From NCBI RefSeq assembly GCF_963921235.1, contig NC_086108.1, forward strand, positions 34,970,001-35,034,000: 64,000 bases of DNA, in the 5' to 3' direction. This DNA is from Mobula hypostoma. Its lineage: Eukaryota. Position 1 is the first letter of the stretch. The number at the start of each line of letters is the position of its first letter. The translations under genes and the position numbers were made by a program. The notes below the pieces were generated by a model. It was not told the origin of the DNA. It did not search any database and saw only the letters and a program-made list of their open reading frames with translations. Of this stretch, positions 50,815 to 63,510 are shown piece by piece.

Positions 50815-52064
50815 TCTCTGGCCCTACATTCCTCCTTAGAACACCTGGAGAATAAAGATGCATACGTAAGGCTCCTTTTCATTGACTACAGCTCTGCCTT
50901 TAATACCATCATTCCAAATAAACTGATTCCTAAGCTCCGGACCCTGGGCCTTAACACTCAGATCTGCAGCTGGATCTTCAACTTCCTCACAGACAGGACC
51001 CAGGCTGTAAAAATAGGGGACAAGCTCTCCTCTGCAATCACTCTGAGCACCTGTGCCCCACAAGGCTCTATACTCAGCCCCTTGCTGTACTTACTGTACA
51101 CCCATGATTGTGTAGCCAAGTTTCCATCGAACTCAATATATAAGTTTGCTGATGACACAACAATTGTAGGCCGTATCTTGGGTAATGATGAGTTTGGGTA
51201 CAGAGAGCAAATTGAGAACCAGGTGGCATGGTGCGAAGACAATAACCTATCCCTCAATGTCAGAAAGACGAAGGAATTGGTTGTTGACTTCAGAAGGAGT
51301 AGCGGACTGCACGACCCAATTTACATTGGTCGTGCGCAAGTGGAACAGGTCAAAAGCTTTAAGTTCCTTGAGGTCAGTATCACAAATGACCTGACTTGGT
51401 CCAACCAAGCAGAGCTCACTGCCAAGAAGGCCCACCAGCGCCTTTACTTCCTGAGAAAACTAAAGAAATTTGGCCTGTCCCCTAAAACCCTCACTAATTT
51501 TTATAGATGCACCGTAGAAAGCATTCTTCTAGGGTGCATCACAACCTGGAATGGAAGTTGTCCTGTCCAAGACCGAAAGAAGCTGCAGAAGATCGTGAAC
51601 ACAGCGCAGCACATCACACAAACCAATCTTCTGTCCTTGGACTTACTTTACACCACACGCTGTCGGAGCAGTGCTGCCAGGATAATCAAGGACACGACCC
51701 ACCCTGCCAACACACTTTTCGTCCCTCTTCCCTCCGGGAGAAGGTTCAGGAGCTTGAAGGCTCGTACGGCCAGATTTGGGAACAGCTTCTTTCCAGCTGT
51801 GATATGACTGCTGAATGGAGCCTGACTCGGATCTGGGCCGTACCCTCCAAATATCCGGACCTGCCTCTCTTTGCACTACCTTACTTCCCATTTTTCTATT
51901 TTCTATTTATGATTTATAATTTAAATTTTTAATATTTACTAATTTTAACTATTTTTAATATTTAATATTTGTAATCCAGGGAGTGTGAAGCGCAGAATCA
52001 AATATCGCTGTGATGATTGTACGTTCTAGTACCAATTGTTTGGCGACAATAAAGTATAAAGTAT
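50815..52064 (+). mobile_element. Young Rex1/Babar LINE with long open RT frame, nested in an older Rex1-type 3' end
   Basis: ORF 50782-51807 has [28 protein letters not shown] and YKFADDT; tail AATAAAGTATAAAGTAT. Host element at 50660-50815 and 52065-52165. Confidence 0.93.
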
Positions 52065-52506
52065 TTTATTTATTTTTTTCTCTGCTAAATAATGTATTGC
52101 ATTGAACTGCTGCTAAGTTAACAAATTTCATGTCACATGCCGGTGATAATAAACCTGATTCTGCTTCTTTATGCAAGATTTCATCTCCTCTGAAATGTTT
52201 GAACCCTTTATAGATTTTTATGTCGAAAAGCCCGGTACGTTTCTATCAAATAGGCAAGATATAATTCGTAAGTCCCTGACATGCTCTGCTCTAAGATAAC
52301 GGTGTTTAGTGTTTCATGAATTTGTCTCTGAATTTATTTGTGTCTGGTCAAAAAAAAAGAAACGCAATATTAAATGTATGTCTTAAACATTCCCAGCTAT
52401 CGCCATGAATGATGGTGAGCTCTTCTAATGCCATTACCAATGATGGTGATATATTAAACAAGATTAACCTGAATTCTAAAATGTAGTTGTTTCCTTCATA
52501 GCTCAA

Positions 52507-52629
52507 ATGGAGGGGGAAAGCAGAGTTCCTTTTCCTATTTACAAATTGGAATTTATTGTAAGTTATTGTCGCAAGCACATTTTAAATGGGTCAGAAGCTA
52601 ACAACTTTACAAAAGCTGACATAACAAAG
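52507..52629 (+). CDS. NUF2: NUF2 kinetochore protein, first conserved coding exon (acceptor 52502)
   Basis: MEGESRVPFPIYKLEFIVSYCRKHILNGSEANNFTKADITK resembles the NUF2 N-terminus (FPRY...IRNKILTGADGKNLTKND). Donor AAG|GTAAGC. Confidence 0.88.
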
Positions 52630-53021
52630 GTAAGCAGTTTACAATTTTTCTAAACCTTTCAAGTCCACAAAAGCTAAGAATGCGTGGATATATAAGAGTA
52701 TTAGGCAATGTAATGTGTACGTTGTTTTAATGAAGTTATTCCTTTCTAGGTAAATGTATGTGTCTATACAATCAAAACCTACACTAATTTTTTTCTGTGT
52801 CACTTTTAGTATACTATACCATTGACAGTTGTGAATAAATGTCTGTTTTTGAAAGTACTTTGTTTCTTAATGCATAAGTGATCCTTATAATACCTTTAAT
52901 GTTTTATTATGTATTATTTTCGGTGAGCTAGATATCTAGCTGTTTCAAAGGGAGTTCCTTGGTTGTGAAAAAAGATTTTGGAATTGAAAGTTTGACTGCA
53001 TTCTGCAAAACCACCTTTCAT

Positions 53022-53690
53022 ATTAGATTATGAGGGCACTCAGTACTCGTTTATTGTCATTTAGAAATGCATGCATCAAAAAATTATACAATATTCTTCC
53101 AGTATGATATCACAAAAACACAAGACAGATCAAGACTAAAACGGACAAAAACCACATAATTATAACATATGGTTAGAACAGTGCAAAGTAATATTGTAAT
53201 TTGATAAGAGCAGACCATGGGCACGGTTAAAAAAAAGTCTCAAAGTCCCGATAGTCCCAATATCTCATGCAGACGGTAGAAGGGAGAAACTCTCCCTGCC
53301 ATGAGCTTCCAGTGCCGCAACTTGCCGATGCTTTGGTAGCACCCGACCACAGTCCAACTCTGAGTCCGTCCGAAAACTTCGAGCTTCCGACCAGCCCTCC
53401 GACACCGAGCACCATCTCTGCCGAGCGCTTCGACCCTGGCCCCGGCTGCCAAGCAACAGGCAAAGCCGAGGATTTGGGGCCTTTCCTTCCGGAGATTTTG
53501 GATCACACAGTAGTGGCGGCAGCGAAATAGGCATTTCAGAAGTTTCACCAGATGTTCCTCCGTGTTCTCACGTCTACCTCCATCAAATCAGAATTGTGCA
53601 CGGCCTCCTGCTTGACAGATAACAGATATTCATCACTGGAGAGGCCACGCGTGGGCTGCGTTGCGTCGCGTCACCATCTTTTCCTCCCGC
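53022..53690 (-). mobile_element. CpG-rich non-autonomous retroposon
   Basis: Minus strand starts GGAAAAGATGG and ends AATAAA plus tail; GC-rich block in an AT-rich intron; no recognisable ORF. Confidence 0.55.
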
Positions 53691-53850
53691 CATTGATTAA
53701 TAATTGACATTTGCATATGTAAATAAACACTCGAGACGAAACTTGGAGGGTGGGAAGTCCGCTAATAATATTCTTGTTTGAAGTTGTCAATATTCAAACT
53801 TGGATGCAATGTAATTTGAATGGGTTTTCATTTTTCTTTCGTTTCAATAG

Positions 53851-53925
53851 CCAGAAGTTGTGCAGCGCTTGTATGTAAGAACCTTGCAGTATATCTTTGA
53901 TGCAAGACCAGACTGCTTCTGCATG
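53851..53925 (+). CDS. NUF2: NUF2 coding exon (CH domain)
   Basis: 75 nt, AG/GT. PEVVQRLYVRTLQYIFDARPDCFCM aligns with recalled [25 protein letters not shown]. Confidence 0.9.
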
Positions 53926-54517
53926 GTTAGTAAAATTTAAAAAGAATAATGAATATGGTGTGTTTTTATATTCTTTGCCCGTGCCTATATATTGGCCATT
54001 TTATGGTGGCATGCTTTGTCTTGAGGTAACTACAAAAATTGGCCCATGTTTAGAATGCCAATACTTGATTATTAAAATATTATAATCAATGAATTAAATA
54101 TATAATTCCCACTTAAATGTATATTTATGTTTCTTTATCCAAAGATAGTTTGGTATTATTAATTCTCATGATTTTTATATTGGACTTAATGGACTAATAT
54201 ATTAATTCAGAGAAATTTTTTAATTTTTCCCAATTTCTTGCATCTGTTAACTTCTGTTATTATTTCAGCAGGCTTGATTATTTTAAATTTTAGAGGTCAC
54301 AGTGAGTCTTGTGAAGTGATGTAGACAGTAGTTTTATGAAATATTCTTTTGCTGTATGATATTGTGAATTCTTGATAATGGACAATGTGCTTTTGACTAT
54401 AATATTTGAAGAACTACTTTAGTTCTATATAATCTTCTCCCAGCTAACTTCTCAAGTGTATTATTCAAATGGGATGTAAGAGATATAAACTGATCATTTT
54501 GCTTTTTTTTCCTCAAG

Positions 54518-54594
54518 ATGACTGGTGATGAAAACATGCCATATCCTCAACTTATTGAAAATTGTGTCCCAATATTGAATCTGTATATTTGCAT
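54518..54594 (+). CDS. NUF2: NUF2 coding exon
   Basis: 77 nt, AG/GT. MTGDENMPYPQLIENCVPILNLYIC aligns with recalled [22 protein letters not shown]. Confidence 0.9.
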
Positions 54595-54889
54595 GTAAGT
54601 ATCAAAGTGGCTTAGCAGAATAAAAGATCTTGGGTATGTGAGAATCTAAGTTGTTGAGATTGTCTCTTCTAAGATCTTTGGTTTGACAACATGTTTTCTT
54701 TCTGATCATAGTTTTGAGACTCTGTGATCTGAGAAGCACAATGAATATGCAATAATTAATTAAGCCCTGACTTTTAACTTCACAAAGTCACTTTTTAGAT
54801 CCTATTTTAATAGTCTAATTCTGGAAATGTATCAGAACATTCCAATGAGAACAATGATCATCTCAAGATTTTAAAAACTTATTTAGCAA

Positions 54890-55170
54890 TAAAGTGCAGA
54901 GTAGGCTCTTCTGACCCTTCAAACTACACCACCCCAGCAACCCCTCAATACCTGATTAACCCCAACCTATTCATGGGACAATTTACGATGACAATTAACT
55001 AATCTAGTACATCTTTGGACTGTGGGAGGGAACTGGAGCAGCTGGTTAAAACCCACTCATTTCACGGGGAGAACATACAGAGACTCCTTACAGAACAGCT
55101 CAGATATTGAACTTAGAACTCTGGAACACCCCGAGCTGTAATACTGCTGTGTTAACCGCTAAGCTGCCAT
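54890..55170 (-). mobile_element. V-SINE (HE1-like)
   Basis: Antisense V-domain (CTTTGGACTGTGGGAGG...GGGGAGAACATACAGA), tRNA-like head near 55100-55170 and CR1-like tail. Confidence 0.7.
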
Positions 55171-55544
55171 GATTTGTGCTTCATAGTATTCCATCTCTAT
55201 TCTTGGACATTTAGTGCCTATAATATTTTTGCCTCTACTATGATGATTGGCAGCTTGTTGCAATCGTATATTGATGTTCTTCTGAATATCCTCTGCTCTA
55301 TCTTCAACCACTTTTGTTACCTCCTCAAACAAAAAACTCAATCAAGACATGCCCTGCCCACTAAGGCCAGTGTCCAATTTTTATAAGATGTTTCAATAAA
55401 AGATTCCTTACTCAGTGGGAAATAAAACATTTAAGATACAATTGTGATGATGAGCATGCAAGATGGAATTGGATTTGGTGTAATGTTCCTTTTAGACTAT
55501 AGCTCAATAACCCTAGCGATGGTGATTAATCCTAACCTATTACT

Positions 55545-57200
55545 AAAGCTTCAGAATTCACCAGGGAAAAGGTCCTTGGCAATTGTGGGGATGACTTAGA
55601 GCGGAGTGAAACGCTTGAGCATATAGACATTAAGAAACAGGATATGCGGGAGATTTTGAAAAGCATTAAGTTAGTTAAGTCACTGGGACTGGACGAGATG
55701 TACCCAAGACTACTGTGGGAAGCGAGGGAGGAGGTTGCTGAGCCTCTGGCGATAATCTTTGCATCATTAATAGGGATGGGAGAAGTACTGGAAGACTGGA
55801 AGATTGCAAATGTTGTTCCCTTGTTCAAGAAAGGGAGTAGAGATAACCCAGGAAGTTATAGACAGGTGAATCTTGCTTCAGTAGTGGGCAAGTTGTTGAA
55901 GATCCTGAAAAGCAGAATTTATGAGCATTTGGAGAGACACAATCTGATTAGGGATAGTCAGCATAGTTTTGTCAATTGCAGGTCATGCCTTATGAGCCTC
56001 ATTGAATTCTTTGAGGTTGTAACAAAACACATTGAAGGTAGAGCAGTGGATGTGATGTATATGGATTTCAGTAAGGCATTTGATAAAGTTCCCCATGCAA
56101 GGCTCCTTCAGAGAGTAAGGAGGCATGGGAGCTAAGGAGACCTTGCTTTGTGGATCCAGAATTGGCTTGCCCACAGAAGGCAAATGGTGGTTGTAGATGG
56201 TTTGTATTCTGCATGGAGGTCAGTGACTAGTGATGTTCCGCAGGGATCTGTTCTGGGACCCCACCTTTGTGATTTTTATAAATGACATGGATGAGGAAGT
56301 AGAAGGGTGGGTTAGGAAGTTTGCTGATGACACAAAGGTTGGGGGTGTAGTGGATAGGCTGGAGGGTTGTCAGAGGTTACAGTGGGACATTGATAAAATG
56401 CAGAACTAGGCTGAGAAGTGGCAGATGGACTTCAACCGAGATAAGTAAGAAGTGGTTCATTTTGGTAGGTCAAGTTTGAAGACAGGATATAGTATTAACG
56501 GTAAGACTCCTGGCAGTGTGGAGGATCTGAGAGATCTTGGGGGTTTGTGTCCATAGTACACTCAAAGCTGCTGTGTAGGTTGACAGTGTTAAGGCGTATG
56601 GTGTGCTGGCATTGATCAACTGTTGGATTGAATTCAAGAGTTGTGGGGTAATGTTACAGCTATACAAGACCTTGGTCATACCCTACTTGGGGTACTGAGT
56701 TCATTTCTGGTCACCTCACCACAGGAAGGCAATGGATACTATAGAAAGAGTGTAGAGGAGATTTACAAGGATGTTGCCTGGATTGGGGAGCATGCCTTAT
56801 GAGAATAGGTTGAGTGAACTTGACCTTTTCTCCTTAGTGATGGAGGATGAGAGGTGACTGCTAGAGGTGTATAAGATGATGAGGAACATTGATTGTGTGG
56901 ATAGTCAGAGGCTTTTTCCCAGGGCTGAAATGGCTGTCATGAGGGGGCATAGTTTTAAGGTGCTTGGAAGTAGGTATAGAGGGAATGTCAGGGGTAAGCT
57001 TTTCCACACAGAGTGGAGGGTGCTTGGAATGCACTGCCGATGACAGTGCTGGAGGCAGATACAATAGGCTCTTTTAAGAGACTCTTGGATAGGTACATGG
57101 AGCTTAGAAAAATAGAGGACTATGCAGCAGGGTAATTCTAGGCAGTCTCTAGAATAGGTTATGTGGTCGGCACAACTTTGTGGGCCGAAGGGCATGTGAG
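55545..57200 (+). mobile_element. 5'-truncated CR1 LINE, same family as 2370-3850
   Basis: ORF 55644-56135 YPRLLWEAREEVAEPL...YMDFSKAFDKVPH; KFADDTK; matching 3' UTR. Confidence 0.92.
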
Positions 57201-58467
57201 ATGTACGGCGGGAAGTTACTCCAACAAGGCCCATTCTCAGGCTAACTTTTGAGAACTGTTCTTTTAGGTGGCAATGCCTGGCGATCGCAGATCTTTGAAA
57301 ATGGAGCCACCGGGAGTGACAGTTTTTCTTTTATTTAATGAAAATATTTTCCATCTTTCCATTGAGATCTGCAGTGTAATGGAATAAGTTCTACAATGAA
57401 TTTACACTTGAGTATAGTCAAGGAACTAGCACAGCAAAATATTTAAGTAAACAAATTACTGGAGGGATTCAGTGATCAACTTGAACTGGATTAATTGGAT
57501 GCTGCAAGAGCTTCAGTTCCATGTGCAGTAAGGATCTTGCCAAGTAGCATTCCATATAACCTTTTCAGTACAAATCACACTGGTACAAGGTGACATGGGC
57601 CAAATTGCTCTTAGAACTTGGATACAATGCACTGTTGCTGTAAAGACAAACATTAAGTTCGTGATTGATTTTAAGTTTACAGTTTATTTTTAAGCCTTGT
57701 TCATAGAACAGAGGCGGATCCATTTGGTGTACTAAAGCCAGCATCGGCTCATGGAGAGCTTCAACTCATGTCTACCTCACCCAGATTGATATTGTCTGTT
57801 CAAGTATAAATCCATTTCCTTTATGTGGGTTGCTGATAAATTTAATTGGACCACCTTTTACAGTGAACTCAGATTGCAAATTACTGCCTTTAATAAGCAA
57901 CTTGCTTATGACCCCCAGTAACCTCTCAGCTCTTCTTTGAATTAGTTCTGCTTCACATTTACCTGAAAAAGTAGATGGGACTTTATTTTAACATCTCATT
58001 GGGGAAACAAAATCATAAAGTATCTTTCCCATGTCTGGAGTATCAAAAACAAGAGGGCAAATGTTTAAAATAAGAGGAAGGAGCTTTAAAGGGGATCTGA
58101 GATGTAACTTTTCCTCACACACACACACACGCACGCACAGGCAAAGCTTGATATCTGTAACTTGCTACTAAAGTAGGTGGTGGAATCAAATACAATTACT
58201 ACATCTAAGAAGCATTTAGACAAATACTTCAATAGACAGTTCAAAGAAGAATATGGTGTAATGTGTGACAATGGGATTAGTGTAGATGGGGAGAAAGGTC
58301 AGCATGACTGGTGAGCTGAAGGGACTGTTTATGTGCCGACCTCTGATATATTTAAAACTTATTGTTATCAATTTGCTTTTGTGTCTGATCACCTCTCTTT
58401 AATCTGCTTTGGTTTTATACTATTTAATATTTTGTGCTAAATGCTTTTAAGATTGCATACTTTAAGT

Positions 58468-58664
58468 CAGGGGTCCCCAACCTTTTGTGCGCCGCAGACC
58501 AGTTTAATTTGACGATATTCTTGCGGACCAGCCGACTGGGGGGTGGAGTGGTGTTCAAGTTCAACAGTGCATGACAGGGAATGAGGAAAGGTGCAGCTGA
58601 CTTATATTGGTTCATATTGCCAAATCATGTTGTTTCCTCGTGGCCCGCTGGTTGGGAACCACTG
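58468..58664. mobile_element. hAT (Charlie-like) MITE, 197 bp
   Basis: TIRs CAGGGGTCCCCAACC / GGTTGGGAACCACTG; perfect 8-bp TSD CTTTAAGT. Confidence 0.92.
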
Positions 58665-58991
58665 CTTTAAGTTACAGGCAGAGTTACTGCATTGCAGCCA
58701 TTTGGTACAGAAATTTGCCCTTACAAAATTCACAAATCACTACCCAAAACTTTGACATATAAGTTATGCGAGGCCGAATTTTATTCATGCGGAAAAATGT
58801 AAAATGAATAAACACTAAGTTTATCATTCTCTTTCAGCTTGCGTTTCTTGACACGTGTGTAGAAGATGTAGTTTTATGTTATGCAAAATCACAACATTGA
58901 CTATTTTCTAGGAATGCAGCTCTGTAATCTGGGAATGTCTCTTTTAAAATTTGCTTTGGTCAACTTCTTTTGTAGTAATAACTGGCATGTA

Positions 58992-59563
58992 CAAGGGGTG
59001 ATTGATAAGTTTGTGGCCTAAGGAAGAAGGAGTCAATTTTAGAAAACCTAGCATATTGTTCCTACATTTACACACTTAGTCTAGCAGTCGTGGAACATAC
59101 GGATTCCTTCTTTGTAGAAGTTGGCGTCTTGGACCTCCAGAAGTGGTCCACAACAGGGGTGATTGATAAGTTTGTGGCCTAAGGTCGAAGGAGATAGTTA
59201 TTAACTTCAAACTTTCTGCATTTCCACTCAAAGAGTTGAACTACACGTACATCTAACGAGAGCTGTATAACCTTCTACCTTAGGCCACAAACTTATCAAT
59301 CACCCCTGCTGTGGACCACCTGGAGGTCCAAGATGCGCTCATTACATGCACGAGTAGTTCAACTCTTTGAGTGATAATGCAGAAAGTTTGAAGTTAATAA
59401 CTCATCCCCTTCTACCTTAGGCCACGAATTTATCAATCACCTCTGCTGTGGACCACTTCTACAAAGAAGAGATCCGTATGCTCCACGACCACTGGACTAA
59501 GTGTGTACATGTAGGAGGGGACTATGTTGAAAAATAAATGTGCTAGGTTTTCTAAAATTGACT
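58992..59563. mobile_element. Mariner-derived palindromic element
   Basis: TA|CAAGGGGTGATTGATAAGTTTGTGGCCTAAGG TIR present four times; mariner C-terminus FYKEEIRMLHDHWTKCVHVGGDYVEK* at 59457-59537. Confidence 0.85.
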
Positions 59564-59832
59564 GAGGAATATAAAGAATCCAGAAAAGGACTTGTGAAAG
59601 AAATTAGAAAATTAGGATCCATGAAAAGTTCTTGGCAAGTAGGAATAAAGAGAATCCCAAGGCATTCTATATTTACATCAGGAGAGGGTTGGAGCACTCA
59701 AGAATAAAGGAGTGTTCATGCGCTTGGAGGCAGAGAATGTGGGCAAGGTCCAAAATGAGTACCCACTTGAGTGAAGGGCATGGTGGACAGTGAGATCAGT
59801 GTGCAGCATGATTATATGCTTGGGCATTTTGG

Positions 59833-60006
59833 CCCCCCCCCTTTCAAATCTCTTACTATCTCTTCTTTCAGTTAGTCCTGACGAAGGGTCTCGGCCCGAT
59901 ACGTTGATTGTACCTCTTCCTGTAGGTGCTGCCTGGCCTGCTGCGTGCACCAACAATTTTTACGTGTGTTGCTTGAAATTCCAGCATCTGCAGATTTCCT
60001 TGTGTT
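59833..60006 (+). mobile_element. Solo Penelope pLTR with mutated hammerhead (59874-59909)
   Basis: agtc-CTGACGA-agggtctcggccc-GATAC-GTT-gatt: GAAA box changed to GATA. Confidence 0.85.
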
Positions 60007-61629
60007 AGTTTTTGATGGAAGATGCCATGTTTTTTTGATTGTAAATGAACAAATTCAGCGCAGACACCTAGTGCATATAATGGACTGCCTTTATAGAATG
60101 CTATAAAGAATTGCACTCTCCAAGTCTTCATTTTCATTGTAACCTTCAAAGTGATTGTCGATACCTTCAAATCCTTCATGGTTCAAAACAGTTCTGAATT
60201 GTCTTGCTGCTTATTTCTCACCAACTATCAATGAGGAAAAATCACTGATTTTTTGAACACCAGTGCACACAACTGATGCTCTTTAAAAACTGTTCGCTCT
60301 AAGCATGGTGCAGTATCTAACGGGTACACAAGTGCATGTGTCTAATGCTAGTTAGAAACTGTTCAGCAACAGTCTCCTGGCCCAATTAAACAGCATAGTG
60401 TCCCAAATAACAAATCATGGCTATTTTCTCAATTAGTTTTTGTTCTTTAAGAGTTATTCCAAATTAGCTGTCCCAATTAACTGATTGGCAAAATTAACCT
60501 GAATCCACTGTATTTGTAATGACTTGGGCGGAAACATATATGATTAGTTTAGTAAGTTTGCAGATAACACAAAGGATGATGATGATGTGTATATTGTAGA
60601 AGGTTGCTAAAAGATACTGTGGGATGCAAGTTGGATATATATACAGGCAGAGAAGTGGAAAATGAAGTTTAATATGGGGAGGTGGGAGATGTTGCACTTT
60701 AGGAGAGTAAAGGGAAAGTACACAGTTAATGGCAGAACTCTTAACAGCATTGATATATACAGATACCTTGAGGTCCAGGTCAATAGCTCCTTCCCTGCAA
60801 GTGGCCACACAAGTTGATGGTTTTTTGGCATCCACCTGTCTCAAAGGACAATAGGTGATAATGATCATTGTTGCAAGTCTGGGCAGAAGTTATAGAGATC
60901 CTGAGATGCCCAGTCATCAAGATCCCCCTCTCAGCATCACCAGTGTAGTCCAAAGGAAAGCTTATGAAGCAATACTTTTGGTACCAGCTTAGATGCAGGA
61001 GCTGCCGGAAGGATGTTCAATGACATCCAGCCTCCTTAGGGGCTCCACTCTGGATTTGCTGTCTGGGCTTACTCCCGATACTGCCCACAAGGCAGTGCGG
61101 CTAATTACCCATAGCTGGGGATCTGGTTCACGAGTACCAGGGCATGCCCACACTCTGGTGGGACTGCGTGCTATGGGTGCAGGGGCCAGACCTCCTCCTT
61201 GTCCTCTATAGTTCAGCCTGAGTCTAAAAGGAGTTCAGTTTCGTTGTGTCACCAGCGAGGAGGCACTACATGAGGCTTGCTGATGAAGAGGCTATGTACT
61301 GGCAGGGAGAGACTTGCATATTCAACTCTCCTTTTCGCAAGACTGCTAGCCAGTGGTGGAAACTGAAAGTGAGTGACAAGTACTACCCACTACACTACCA
61401 CACTAGACAGGTCACAGCAACCATTTTGACACCGGTTGATAAGGTAGTTTTTAAAAAAAAAAGGAATATGTGTGTTTGCTTTTATTAGTTGATGCATTAA
61501 TTTCAAGAGTTGGGAAATTGTGTTTAAGCTGCATCTGGAGTATTGTATGTACTTTTAGTTGCCCTGTTATGGGAAGTATATGGCAGCTTTTGAGAGGATT
61601 TAGAAGTTTACCAGGATGTTGACTGGTAC

Positions 61630-62055
61630 ACCTCATTCTATCTGGGTAGCCTCCAGTATGATGGCATGAACATCAATTTCTCTAACGTCTGGTAATTTCT
61701 CTGCCTTACCCTTCTCTTTTTCCCATTCCCCATTCTGCCCTTCCCTTCTCATCTGCCCATTACCCTTCTCTGGGTGCCCCTTCTTTCCTTTCCTTTCACA
61801 TTCCTCTCTCCTCTCCTATTAGATTTTTCATTCAGTTCTTTCTCCTATTACTTCCCTGCTTTTCACTTCATACCATCTCCCCCATTCATCCACCTTCCTC
61901 GTCACCTGGCTTCACCTGCCAGTTTGTACTCCTTCCTCGCTATTTCTTTTTCTGTTTTATCCCCTTTTCAATCTTGCCCCTAAACATCAACTGTTCATTC
62001 CCCTCCATAGCTGCTGCCTGTCCTGCTGAGTTCCTTCAGCATTTTCTGTATTGCT
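61630..62055 (+). mobile_element. Old Penelope-like 3' fragment within a decayed CR1
   Basis: HLI..LGSLQ.DGMNINFSN end of GIY-YIG ORF, then pyrimidine-rich UTR. Confidence 0.65.
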
Positions 62056-62552
62056 GTGGATTGGAGGGCATTGTATTAAATGAAATTGAACAAAATATGG
62101 TTGTTTTCTGTGGTGTGGCAGAGGGGAGACCTAATGGAAATTTATAAAAGTAATGAGAACCATAGATAGACAGCCACTATAATTTGTCTCACGATCAAAA
62201 TGTCTAATACTGCAGGGCATTGGCACAGAGACAGTAAAGTTCAAAGGAGGTGTGTGGGGCAAGTTGTTTTTTTTTCCACTGAGCATAGGTGCCTGGAAAT
62301 GTGCTGCTAGGTGTGGTGGAGACAGATAAGATAGAGGTATTTAAGAGGCAGAAACGTTTAGTCATCATTAGCTTTTTTTTTGTTCAGCACAAGAACCTTG
62401 TGCGGTACTGTTCTATATCAGGATTTAACATTACTTTAGAACTATGTATTTACATGGAATTTGACACAAAAAGGATATTGTTAGCTTTTTTTTTGTTTGC
62501 TGTATTGTTTGAAAGAAGCCATAATACTCTTTGTTTTTAATATCTCTTCCAG

Positions 62553-62614
62553 GCATAGCTTAATATCGTTATGTGCCATACCAAATTTTACGATGAATGA
62601 CTTCTGGAATCCGA
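62553..62614 (+). CDS. NUF2: NUF2 coding exon; gene continues beyond window
   Basis: 62 nt, AG/GT, phase-2 start. (M)HSLISLCAIPNFTMNDFWNP aligns with recalled [21 protein letters not shown]. Confidence 0.88.
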
Positions 62615-62904
62615 GTAAGTTTCCAAATTGATGCAAATTCCATATTGAAGCATGCTTAGTTTCAGTGGTTGGAAAAGTAAATCAGGGATTAGACAATTTC
62701 ATCTGTCACAATACACCTCAGGATTATAACCAATTACAATTTGCTAATTGCATAGTTTTATGACTCAAATTCACACTATTTGTATTTAAAATTAAGGGTA
62801 TTATCCAGATTGAAAGTCTGTTTTAAATCATATTATTCAGTTTACTAAATGGAATGAAATTACAACAGACTCAAACGCATGAAGGAATTCCCCGAAGTAG
62901 TAAT

Positions 62905-63510
62905 TTATAGACTTGTAAAGAGTCATGGAAAACTACAGTGCAGAAACAGACCCTTTGCCCATTTAGTCAGTGCCAAACCATTTAAACTGTCTAGTCCCAT
63001 TGATCTACTCGCGGACCACAGCCATCTATACCCGTCCCTTCCATGTACCTGTCCAATTTTCTCAAATGTTGAAATTTGAATTGTATCCACCACTAGTGCT
63101 GGCAACTCGCCACCCTGAGTGAAGAAATTTCCCCTTGTGTTTCCCTTATACATTTCACCTTTTCACGCTTAACCCATGTCCTCTAGTTGTAGTCTCATCC
63201 AACCTCAGTGGAAAACGCCTTATTGAATTTACCCCATCTATGCCCCTCATAATTTTGTATACCTCTATAAAATCTCCCCTCAATCTTCTACTTTTTAGAG
63301 AATGAAGTTCTAACCTATTCGATCTTTCCTTATAATGCAGGTTCTCCTGTCCCAGCAACATCCTTGTAAATTTTCTCTGTATTCTTTAAATATTATTTAC
63401 TTTTTTCCTGTAGGTAGCTGACAAAAACTAAACACAATACTCCAAATTAGGCCTCAGCAGCATCTTGTACAACTTCAACACAACATCCCCAACTCCAGTG
63501 CTCAATAATT
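62905..63510 (-). mobile_element. CR1 3' fragment
   Basis: RRLRGDFIEVYKIMRG and TRGNFFTQ motifs on the minus strand. Confidence 0.8.

Noticed and set aside
52385..52475. Possible C/D box snoRNA (ATGATGG...CTGA)
   Set aside because: Box C imperfect, no convincing terminal stem, and it overlaps the branch-point region of the NUF2 acceptor.
53851..53874. Shorter 24-nt exon using the GTAAGA donor
   Set aside because: NUF2 similarity continues to 53925, where the 75-nt exon has its own GT donor.
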